Shown here: positions 50,037-61,700 of the stretch, piece after piece
How the letters are laid out: every line of letters begins with the position of its first letter
Position numbering within the stretch: position 1 is the first letter of the stretch
From: Stylophora pistillata
Taxonomy: Eukaryota
Assembly: GCF_002571385.2 (NCBI RefSeq)
Contig: NW_019217808.1
Location: 320,035-384,034, forward strand
Reading direction: 5' to 3'
Length of the DNA: 64,000 bases
Notes under the pieces: generated by a model
Database searches by the model: none
What the model saw: the letters and a program-made list of their open reading frames with translations, nothing else
Told to the model about the DNA's origin: nothing
Program-made: the position numbers and the translations under genes

Positions 50037-51023
50037 ATGGGTTGTAGCCCTTCGCACGCTGTTATCATAAATTCGTCACCGACGCACGAAACGATCTGTT
50101 TACAACCAAGGATATACATGGTTTCAGAATCCACTCTCTGTCTTTTACAAGACGTGGGAGAATTGAAAGTCTACAACATCGACGAAAGAAATCCACAAAC
50201 TGCTATTGAACGCTTCCGAGGCGCTCAAGACCAGCTCCAAAATCCCTTGTTGTTTCATCCCCATCTTCGCTCGCGACATAAGCGGATAAGCGAAGGCGAT
50301 TTGCAATCGGCTGGTTCGGCGAGCATTGCAAGCGACCCGCTCAGTGAGGAAAATGCACGGGTTGGAGAAATCGCTCGAAACGACGAAGGTAGTGAGGTTT
50401 GCAGTGAGTCTAGCGATAAAATAAGCGACAATACAAACACGCAGATACAAACAGAGTCTCCTGGATCCTCGAATGCGCACTCTGTAACCGTTGAAGTTTA
50501 CAGTTACCAACAAAACTCAGGTGAACTGGAAGAACAAGGCAAAGCGAGGAACGGTTTTGAAACTACGGAAAATACTGCGAACGAGCCGAGCATTACGGTG
50601 AATACTGGAACTTCGGCTGTTTCTGAAGAAAGCAACCATACATCTGATGAGCGAGACAACATTAACGAAAGTTTCCACAGTGTGGAAAATCACGAAAATG
50701 CGATCATCGCGGTAAATAGTAATGTTTTGGTTGCCGTGGCAGTAAACAACAAAACCCACACTAATTCCGAGCAAGGTGTCACTAGCGAGAGCTTTAAAAA
50801 CGCAGAAGATCTTGACAAGAAAATCATCGCAGGAAACAGTGGCGCTTCAGTTACCGTGCCAGACATGGAAAGAAAACAAACATTTCCTGAACATGTTGAG
50901 ATCAACGAGATGCATGCGCTCAGGGATGCTGTAGACATGAGCGATACGACCAACGAGCCGACATTAATCGCTTGGAAAGAATTTTCTGATCAGTCGGCGC
51001 CGATCGCGGGAAATGGAACGTGA
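50037..51023 (+). CDS. Uncharacterised intronless protein, 328 aa, N-terminal MGCSPS (predicted myristoylation/palmitoylation), acidic and Ser/Thr/Asn-rich C-terminal part
   Basis: 987-nt ORF, more GC-rich than its flanks, with AAAATGG start context. An inverted CCAAT (ATTGG, about 49930) and TATAAA (49978-49983) lie upstream. No recognisable domain. Confidence 0.7.
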   Translation: MGCSPSHAVIINSSPTHETICLQPRIYMVSESTLCLLQDVGELKVYNIDERNPQTAIERFRGAQDQLQNPLLFHPHLRSRHKRISEGDLQSAGSASIASDPLSEENARVGEIARNDEGSEVCSESSDKISDNTNTQIQTESPGSSNAHSVTVEVYSYQQNSGELEEQGKARNGFETTENTANEPSITVNTGTSAVSEESNHTSDERDNINESFHSVENHENAIIAVNSNVLVAVAVNNKTHTNSEQGVTSESFKNAEDLDKKIIAGNSGASVTVPDMERKQTFPEHVEINEMHALRDAVDMSDTTNEPTLIAWKEFSDQSAPIAGNGT

Positions 51024-51673
51024 AGATCAATAGAAAAAAGCCAATTCGCGCGAAAGACGGACGCGGTTAAGCAAAGAGAAGCAGCTTCTCGTAGTTTTAC
51101 GGTCGGTTATTGAACACCGTGCGCGAACATTCCGTGTAGCGTTTTGTCCTAAACAAAGGTTAAATTTAAAAGGAAAAGAAGAGGGAAAGAAGGCGAGCGC
51201 GTATATGAAAAACCTGTCGCTTTTTACATCTATAATTGTGAACGTTTAAGTTGACTTATTGCTGTCGAAAGCGCTAGATTCGCCAAAACAAAAGTGGAAA
51301 CATGTAAATTAAGCAAAAAATATCGTATGCAATAGCATGTTATCATAAATGTCATCACTTGCATTTGAAGATGATCCTCAGGCAAAACAAAACATTTCCA
51401 TTCTCCATGTTTACTAATTAGCTTTACACAAACTAATTCGATCGTTTGTAATAATTCGTTAGTGTAAAATTACAGGAACATCACCCGAATGCTTGTGACG
51501 AGATAAATGGTTGTTTACTTGCAGCAAGTAAGTGAGAATACTCGTGAGTTTTCTCACTGTTGATAAAGAATGGTATTCAGGAACTGATTCTACGTGCGGC
51601 ATAAGCTGTTTCCCTTTTTAACGGAAGTTTAATCGCAGCATGAGAAGTCAACATTCCCTCAAGTATAGGCTCC

Positions 51674-51858
51674 ATAGACCACTTTCATAAATGGCTGCTG
51701 GATTAATATTCTTTTGTTCAAATTTAAATTTGCCTAGGCGGCCTCGTTCTCCAGTACAAAATTCAAAAGAATACATTATCTCAAGCCAGGCCACCCAGGC
51801 AAATTTACATTTAAACAAAAGAATATTAATCCGGCAGCCATTTATGAAAGTGGTCTAT
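51674..51858. mobile_element. Long-TIR hairpin MITE
   Basis: ATAGACCACTTTCATAAATGGCTGCTGGATTAATATTCTTTTGTT... pairs almost perfectly with ...AACAAAAGAATATTAATCCGGCAGCCATTTATGAAAGTGGTCTAT. Confidence 0.8.
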
Positions 51859-54735
51859 AGAATCGCGTTTTTTTGCTTTCTGTTTCGTTTATGGCGTTTT
51901 ATTTTGGAAAATATTTTCAATTTATGTCATTTTCTTCACGGTGAGATAAGAAATTATTTATTTCGTTGGTAGACGCTGGAGTTAAAGAAGACAATGTGTT
52001 CGCTACGCGATTCCCAAAGCAACCTTTAAGTGCTGTTCTTTTTACTTTCGATTTGCAACAATTTTTGTCGCAGTAATACAGGAATAATAGCTAAAGCTAA
52101 TTCCTTTCTTATGAGATGGAATACATTGTTTTAGTCCTGCGTTCAGAATCGCAGACAATTTTATTTTCAACTCAGAGGGAAACCGTTAAGTTTTTTTATC
52201 CAGCTCGTTGCCCCGAGCTACAATTTTTTTTTACTTTGTTTACTTGCTTTTGAGTGAAACAACACAGCCGCGAGAAATGGAGAGAAGAATACTGGAATCA
52301 GAATTGTGAATACAAGCTGCGGTTGTGTAAATGAGTGAGCAGCTGCGCTTTCTTCCTTATCAAATTTGCATTTCGTCTGCAAAGGTTTTATTCAATGATT
52401 CAGCTTTGCCGACCGTGTCCAATGTTTTTTCTTCTGAAGCAACTGCTCTTTAGCAGTGCAAGGAAGCAATATGAAATACTTTGAGGTGATCATAATTCAT
52501 TTTTTCGGGATCCTCATCCTTTATTTCTAGAACACCCAGTACAAAAACAATTACAAATGTACTAGCGCAGGAATCATTGGCTATTAATAGACCGCCCCCC
52601 TCTTTTAGAAATGTACGCGTGTCCGCTAGTTTTTTTTAATCTTTTTTTCGGAAATCCTTTGTTACGTTACCACGAAAACTAGCACCAAAAAAAGTAAAGG
52701 CAACTCAAGCAAGAATTGTAACTTGCGAAATCATGGTTGTTAAGTGGACGATATGTTTCCTCGAACCTTGAAATTGCATGCGTCATAAAAAGCATTAAAG
52801 CCTCCAGCTTTCACACTGAGATAAGAGTCCATCTGCTGACTTAAATGTGAACTCTGAAAGCTTTCTCTTAAGAATCATATCTTTGATTTCCACTACTATT
52901 AACATAAGGAGAAACACAAAACCATCATTGAAAAAATATTTGAAAACCATAGTTTTAAAATGGCGCGACACATTTTATGTAATTGCTTTCTCTCAATGCC
53001 CCCGATAAATGATTATGGGAGCGACACCTTAGTTATTTAGCTATCTCCCTGTCATTACGTTAAATCGAGAGAAAAGAGATTTGCAGGTGATATTTACTAT
53101 TGATGAGAGATGAAATGACATTGTTGATAAACATTCTTGAAAGCCTAAGGGATTTGTCTCCTTCCGAAGGGGATTCACTTTCTTTGCACGAAAACATCAC
53201 GTCTGCGGTGATTCCTTAGAGCGCAGAGGATAAGATCTTTGTAGTATCGAAAAGATTGTCTTGTAAAACAACACTGAGAAAAGACTCCATTTGCGATTTA
53301 TCTACCGCAAAACAAACAATTATGCTAATAAACTGACGCATTCTAAGACGGAAAAAACCCATGATATTGAACCGCTTCTCGAGGGGCTCTGTACCGGTGA
53401 CAAAAAACTGTGTGCCGGTGGCGAAGCAACGTGCCGACTATCGTGCTTCTGAAAAAAATCTTATTCCTTGTTGGTGTTTTGTGTTGCTCAGGAAAGCTCT
53501 GTGTGCTCTTTTGGTGTTTTGAATGATGTGATCTTAGATTTTCTTGGTGATTAATTCTTAAAACTCGTTATTCCTTGTCGAATCTATGTTAAGGTAACAT
53601 CTATTTGAAGGGTTTACCGTGATATTTACAGTAGACTGAAAAATTGCAAACATTAAGTTTATCTTCATTTGACCATCTCCGCACGGAATGTGTGATAACT
53701 GGAGGGTCAAATTGTTAGAAAGCAAAAGGTAACATTGCTTCAAATTGCCTCTGTAATTCTGCTTGTCTAATTTCAGCATTCAAATACTATACGCAATAAA
53801 TTATTTATTACTATTAAACAAAATGATGTTGTTCATCGCGTTTTTTATAGATAAATGAGCGTTTAATCGTTTATCTCAATAACTGCGCGCCATTACACAC
53901 CAATACAACAAACCAGGGTGCTATGAGTAGTTACACGTAAACTTTCGACCTTGTCACCTGACAAAGACTAGCAGTATAGCAGTCGAAACGTTAATTTATC
54001 TTATTTATTACTGCTTGAGGTAAGTAAAGGCAAAACCTAAGAAATGTTTTCAGATCTCTCAATCGATTAATATGCTACAACCAGTTACAAAAATGTCGAG
54101 AAAAAAAGTGCATTTCCCTTCTTCATCAGATGGCCAAGAAGTAATTTAGACTAAAAAACACAAAAGCTGCCTCCACTTCCCCAATTCAGTGTTCATCGAA
54201 GCTTTGTATTTGAAACTGTTTAGCTAGCAACATTGCAAAGGGGAGACTGGGAGATACATTACATTGGATCGCATAGTGAACCATTATCCCTCGTGGCGGT
54301 AACATGTCTCAACCGGCATTTTACAACTGGTTGTAGTTTACTTTAACTTTTAACTCCCATGAGTGACCAATACACTATTTCTCCTTACAATATCAATGCA
54401 ATATCAAGCAGACAAGTAATGAGAATAAAGAAAAAAGAAAATTAAGGGATTATCACTTGATCCAATACCAAATTCTCTAAACTAACATCATAAGAACCGT
54501 ATGGCAGACAGTAAGGAGAATTGCTAATGAGATCTTGGGAATTATAACATAACCAAAGTAAAGCGCGCGGTCTGATTGGTCAATTTAGCGTCCCCCACTT
54601 GCCCATGGGTGTACGCTGCTGACGTGAGCAAATGCAAAGACTTTTTCCGCGCGCGCTTGTTTTTTCTGGTCATGTAAGATTTGTTAAATAAAAGGGAACT
54701 GTTTAGCTACAATGTATCAATGTTGTTTTATAAAA

Positions 54736-54920
54736 CAAATGGTAAACACCACAGCGTACACTATTGAGTTACGGATGCACTTGGGAGGTTTGCTAAGCAC
54801 TCAAGAAGCTAGAGTCGCTCTCGGCTATCGCCTCGCGCGACTCTTACACTTCTTTCGTGATTAGCAACCTCCCGCGTGCATCCATAACTCAATAGTGTAC
54901 GCTGTGGTGTTTACCATTTG
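54736..54920. mobile_element. 185-bp palindromic repeat (hairpin end of a non-autonomous DNA element starting near 54543)
   Basis: CAAATGGTAAACACCACAGCGTACACTATTGAGTTA... pairs with ...TAACTCAATAGTGTACGCTGTGGTGTTTACCATTTG, and pairing continues toward the centre. Confidence 0.8.
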
Positions 54921-55765
54921 CTAATGAAGGTAGAAAATGGCTTAATGAATGATTTTGTTCAATAGGCTATACATCCTATGAATATCGAGTCAATTCAATA
55001 CTGTTTCTACAATAATATAAATAAATTATTATAAAAAATGAGAAGTTAATTTGTGTATTTACATTGGCTTCTGCTAAGCTTAAATTGCAGAGCTGAGATC
55101 ATACGCAAAGAGATTCTGGAATAAAACGTATCTCGATATAAGTTGCGTTAAGCTGACACCAAACTAGCCTCAACAGCCACTTAACCAGCTGTTGAGGAAT
55201 AAAAAAAAAAAGCTTCTAACTGCTTAAAGAGAAAGAAAACGCAAGTGCCCAGGTAACGATTGGTTTTAGTCCAACCACGGCTTAGTTTCGACACTGGGTA
55301 AAAAATTAGTTTCACACGATTCCTCTACAAAACTAATACATGTATAGAGGTCTCGTGCTGTCAGAGTGATTAAACTGGTGTTCGGACGATTTTACATCCT
55401 TACTTTCTTATGGTATATGTATGGTTCGCATGAATACTATTTACATTTAGAAGCAACTTTGATTTGACAATCAAGTAAGTTATTTCTACTGGATAAAGCC
55501 GTGTATCCTAACCTGACATAAGGGCGTGGCTTGGAGAGGGGTTGCTAAGGATTTATTTGGCCCCTTGTTGATTACAAAAACGTGATAACAGGTACCTTAA
55601 AGCTTTGCACTTACCCTCGTTTTAAAACAGAGGCTTTGTGCATCTCATACCTGCTCATCTAAAAACTGGTGACTTTGTCTTTATCTTCATATGAATTATC
55701 TACAATTGCAGTGAATGGGAACAAGGTGGTTGAAGACAATTTCTTATGGAAGAAAATTTGAATTC

Positions 55766-58700
55766 TTATGGACTTGATGTTTTCCGCTTAGGATCTTTTG
55801 TGTCGCTGGTACGACGTTTCTTGAACTTGGATGCTGTTGCTCTTATCTGAAAAAAAAAATGTGAAGGCTTTGGTGAGAACAGTAATGACTTAAACAAAGG
55901 CTAAAGGGAACTTTAAACTAGCGTTTTTTTTTTTTTTGTTCGACGCTCGTGACAAGACGAAAAACATCTTTCTCTATTTCTCTACCGAACCCAAAACTTA
56001 CCATCTTTTTTATCCTATTCACAAAACATGACATTGACATTACCGACCCTTACAGTATGCAGGACGCGTGTCATATACGAACTTCGTTACGTAAACGGCC
56101 TTGTTCAACGTAGAATCTATGTGGCCATCAACAAGAAAATCGCTGAGAAGTTTTCAAGTTTTTTCATCGTACTGTTTCAGACCTGCGAGCACCTTAAATA
56201 TTCTTGAAGGAATTGTCTCTCCCCCTCTCACCTGGAAGTCATCGCAACTCACCTGTTTAAGATGTTCTGCATTACTGAAGGTCCTTTTCGCGAGGTTGAT
56301 CTGCTCAGCCTTGTAAAAAAAAAAAAAACAAAACAAGACAAATAGAACACGTTGACTGAAAACTGATCGTACTTTGCTTCATCTAAAAGTTTATTTGTTT
56401 GTAAATAGCCAGGATATAAAGTCTCCAAATCAAGTACCATTTCATTTGTACCGTAAATTTAGTGTTTAAATAATCTTAATTACAACAAAATTAGTAAATG
56501 TTTAAAACGGTGCTCTGGAAGACAATTGGTTGATTACATATCTTTTTAAATAATATGCCAAATGTTTAAAATAATTTTCTTGTTTAATCAGTCAATTCTG
56601 TGTTTAACAAACATATTAAGGATTAAATGCGCTTTGGGGGGCGATTATTTTATAACAAGATTTAAGATCATACAGCATCGCGCAAAAGAAATAGTATTTC
56701 ATTTTTAATTTAGGTTCACGATCATTCGATTACCGTTTGTTATCAGTGAAGTTTATCCAGTAACTTTTTCTTAAAACAGTTTATACTGATTTGCAAAATT
56801 AAATCGTATTTATGTGTTAAATTTGAGCTACCTAGCTACCTTAGTCATCAGTAACAGTTTTTCGCTAGCTTCGATAGTCTCTCCCGTATCCGGCTGAGGA
56901 GAAGAGCAATGTTAGCACAATGTTATTTCAAAGGCATTTGACCAATATTAGCTATTAGCAATACAACCGAATGCAGTTCAACAATGCACAGGTTTTGAAC
57001 TGTTAAAACAGGTAAGCAGCAAAGAGAAATACTCAGAAACATTACTGGCACGTTATGACTCAAAAGAGTACGAAAAAAAAATCAGTCAAACTGTTAACTA
57101 ACCAATTAAAAATCGTACCGCATAAACGAATAGCTAGCCTCTTGCAGATGTGATGTTAAAAATTTAGTGACTGGTACTCTTTAGGGCTCTAGATATGCCT
57201 AACCTCCCCAAAACATCGAGAATAGAAGGACAACAAACTACCTCAAAGAAGGAGAATTTGCTTACCATTCGAGAACTTATTTAGTTTGTGAACATTAACC
57301 TTTATTCTCGTAACCTTACTGTTTGATTCAGGGGTGATATTGTAAGGAGAAATTAGATGCTAATCACTTTTAGAGGCTAAAGGGTTAAAGGCGCGCTTAA
57401 GTATGAGAAACCTCACCAGAGAAACACGCATCTTGCACAAATATGAGTTTTTACATTTATATCTCAATATACATTTTGAGAAGCGATAGTTAAAATAATT
57501 AAATCAAAAACTTTTAGAGCAAGGTGGAAGAACTGGTATAATCTCAGTGAGAGTGCAAATGTAATACACTGTTTTACTTACTTTCCAAAAGTTCTTGAAA
57601 ATCTCCAGGAAGTTCCCCCAGATACCGAAAAATAGAGGCGGGGTAACCTGAACAAAAACGTTAAACACGTTAAAGAGGTACGTGATGGTTTGTTAGTCTT
57701 GAAAAATAAGTTTGTCATTAAAAAGCCATTTCAGTCCACTTTATCCTTCGCCATCCTTGGTCGGTCTTATATCATTGTTATCTTCTTTGTGTTTGCCTTT
57801 TTCACCTGTGAATATTTGAGGTATCCTTCACGATGGAAGGATGGTTGGCTTCTCGATCAACGTAGAAAAGAGTTAAAACATAGGCAAGTTTACCTCTTCT
57901 CCTTCTCCCGTCTACTGAAAATAATCCACAACTTCCTTGAAATCTTTCATCGTGGCTTGAAGCTTGTTTTGAACCCGTTCAAGTTCTCTTTCACCTGGTG
58001 GTTAGATTAGATATTTTAGTCAGAAATGTCTGACTTATCCAAGTGATTGAGATTTCATTGAAATCACATTTCAGGTAAAAGGGAGTTTTTGTCAGAGTTA
58101 AAACTTTCAACTTAGTATTCTCAGTCAGATGTGTATGAAACCGCATCAACTCCCCTCCGTCTTTATCATCGCTTGAGGGAGGGAGGTTGGAGGTTTTTGT
58201 CTGGGGGGGGGAATGATTTTTAGAGGGAACGGTATGGGGATCGGTCATCGCCAACAGAGTATACAAGGGAACATCACAGACCCTTATGAGAGAACGAGTT
58301 TACTGCGACACAATCAAAATCCTGTCCTCTGACTCACCTATCCCCCCCCCCAAAAAAAATCAGGCTATCGATAATGACCGGTCCCTGAGAAAGACCCTAT
58401 ACAAGGTTAAAATCTGCGCCTCGATTGAAGTGATAAAATCTATTTTTGGTCCTACTCTCACCGGTCTGAAGATATTCTTTGACAAAGCTCTCAAACGGTT
58501 CGCGGTGCACATTACTGCCGCCCCCAAGTACCATCTCAGACTGCAAACAAAAGCATTCCTTTAGAAACCGTCATATGCTTTTGGAAAAAAATCCTAAGGT
58601 CGTACAAATATCATTGTAATTTAATGGATACAGATTGCAACAATGGAGGAAACAACCAACTTGAAGGTGAAGAAGACACCTATTAATCGAAATTTTGGCC

Positions 58701-61700
58701 ACTGTTATTTGCTAAGAATTATAAACGTCTTATTTCTCCCAAAAATACCACCTCATAATCAAACATCAGGACTATGAGAATAAAGGAAATAATCACGACC
58801 TGAAGCTCTTGATTGTTAGACAAATTCTCCAATCATACACATCGTATAAGACTAAGGAACTGATAAAGCCGTATGTACAGACGCTGTCGATCAGATGGCA
58901 ATCAAAACATTTCTGGAAAGTGCTAATGCGATCCTCTCAGTTAACGTTAAAGCTTTAATTACTTTTGGGTACAGCTATGATTTCAATTTTAGTAATGTGA
59001 TGTTTGACACGACAACTCAGTAACAAATTACTTGCTGCAAACGTAAAATGAATTCACTTTAAACGACTCACTTTGGCTTTACAGGTTGCTAAAGATATCT
59101 TAGCTTCTGCAAGTTCTGAGAAAAGGCAAAAGGAAAAAAGAAGGATAAGTTTCATTTTTAACAGAAAATTCACCTGGATTTTCAGTGATTTTAGTGGAAG
59201 CTATCAAATAAACAATGTGTTACCTGCTTTGATATCCTTAAACGAAACCTAAGGAAGTAAAAAAAAGAAAAAAAGTTTGAGACAAAGAATCTTTTCATCA
59301 CTGATTTACTGCGTATTTTGAATTTCCTTGTCTGCAGAGTTGTGATTTGGACCTCGAGCTCAACAAACCCTTCAATTTACAAATCAGCTGCCTCTATTAT
59401 CAACAACGAACCAATTTACCTGAGCAGCAGCGAGGATTGCGTAGGGGTCTGGTAGAGTAAAATCTCCCGTCTCGCCGCCGTGTTTCTTGTCACAATAAAG
59501 TTGAACGATGTATTTCATAAGATTCGTTCCATTGTCCTAAAAAATCACGAATAAAGTCAGACATAATGACTCATCATGGCCAATACCTCAGCTTAGGATA
59601 ATTACATTTCATGCGCACCTGTTGCATGTCATCTACACTGACATCTAGCGTCAACCCTTTCCCTCTCCGGAAAACTAATTGTGCCAACCCCAGTGGGGAG
59701 TCCTGTGCCAACGCTAATTGACCTGTTATTTTTCAAATTTTAAACGTTTTTCAGTTTTAGAGGCCAGATTATTTTACATCTCCAGTGTCAGCGATTTGAC
59801 TGTTAATCTCTAACTTTGCATGTACAGAGTAGGTCTAGTAGACACGCAATGTGCAAATTGCGTGACGTACTCAGTACGTCACGCAGGCAGTGAAGGGGTA
59901 CACGGGCTCCTGGGTACACCCATTTGTCTCGACTCATCTCCTCTCACCTGTGTTTTGACATCTTTGATTTTGTTGAGTATACTCAATTGGAATCCATCTG
60001 CCTGTCCTCTGTTCGTTCCGCCATTCATGAAGTTTCCCAGAGTCAGGATTAGGGACAGTATAAATGAGATGTCTTCGCTGAAAACCAAGGGAGAGGTGCA
60101 TTGTTAGAAGGGAAAAAATGGGAAAATAAATGAAATTTCATTGCGTTGACTTGCAAACAATATTGTCGTTTCAAGGCTAACAGAATATAGCCTGTACAGC
60201 GGCGTAGCCAGGATTTTTCAAANNNNNNNNNNNNNNNNNNNNNNNNNNNNNNNNNNNNNNNNNNNNNNNNNNNNNNNNNNNNNNNNNNNNNNNNNNNNNN
60301 NNNNNNNNNNNNNNNNNNNNNNNNNNNNNNNNNNNNNNNNNNNNNNNNNNNNNNNNNNNNNNNNNNNNNNNNNNNNNNNNNNNNNNNNNNNNNNNNNNNN
60401 NNNNNNNNNNNNNNNNNNNNNNNNNNNNNNNNNNNNNNNNNNNNNNNNNNNNNNNNNNNNNNNNNNNNNNNNNNNNNNNNNNNNNNNNNNNNNNNNNNNN
60501 NNNNNNNNNNNNNNNNNCGTAGCCAGGATTTTTCAAAGGGGGGGTCACAGAGGCTACTCACCAGATTGTCATGTCGACCTCCCCGCCGTGTATGTTTTAC
60601 TTAATGTTACAGTTTTGGGATGAGCAGTGAGAGTATAGTGGGCAGGCCAAGATATCGTCATGGCGTTTTCACCATCTGAACATTATAGGTTGTTTGCTCA
60701 AAAGAAGGCCTACCAAGGGAGGGTCACGGGCACCCCAGGAAACCCCCCCTGGCTACGCCCTTGCTGTAACTAGTTAACCTCACTCGTTCATTTGCCACCG
60801 GCGTTAAAACAATGCAACTTATTCTGGGCGCCAGAACTTACTTTGTACGTAGTAAACTGCTGGCCTCACAAATTGCGGATAATCTTCTGTCTAATAAAAG
60901 GGAAATGCATGTTATGTCAGTACATAGTGAGATGTCCTTTAAAACGACCGAATCTGAAGAGAAATTGGCTCACCAATGGCAGTCAAGTTCTCTGTAAATT
61001 TATTCCTGTACAACCAGCATTCGAGGCGTTCTGCAAAGTGATCCATCTTATGCATTTGAAACAAGAACTCCTCTGGTTTGTCGAGTGGAACTAAAACAAA
61101 AACAAAAACAAAAAAACGCACATCAGAAGAGCAATTTCATCTTTCAAATGCAAATGCTAGCTTATCAATCACTCCCAGAGACAGTTGACAGTTTAACTGA
61201 ATAAACGAAATGTTTCTTCTACACAGTGGAAAATATTGAAAATGTATCTTTGAAAAAAAATAAGAGCTTACTCTTTGGATTCTCTTGTTGATATTTTGTG
61301 ATCAGCTCGATTTCTTCAACCTTGGGGCGAATGTCGTACAACGCTTTCAGTCTGTTAGAGGAAAAAAGTATCTAGACATAAAACACCGTCAAATGTAAAA
61401 GTTTACGTTTTGAAACGCTCCGGTTCAAAAAGTTATTTTGAGTCTAAAAACTGAAATACTTGGCATGGGACGCGAGTCAAAAAGCCGGTGTGGCAGCTAG
61501 GGGTAGAAGGGTAAGAGTGGAGATTTCTTTTAGCTACAAACAGGCGAGTTTAGTATTTATTTTGAGCGTGAAGATTTGAAACTTGTGGAATAGTAGTCTT
61601 ACCCATCCATGTCGATGACAGAGGTGTCCATTTTGTAGACTGCTTCCTTTATGTCCTCCAACTGACAGCTTAGACTGCTCATGATGATACCAATTGTCTG

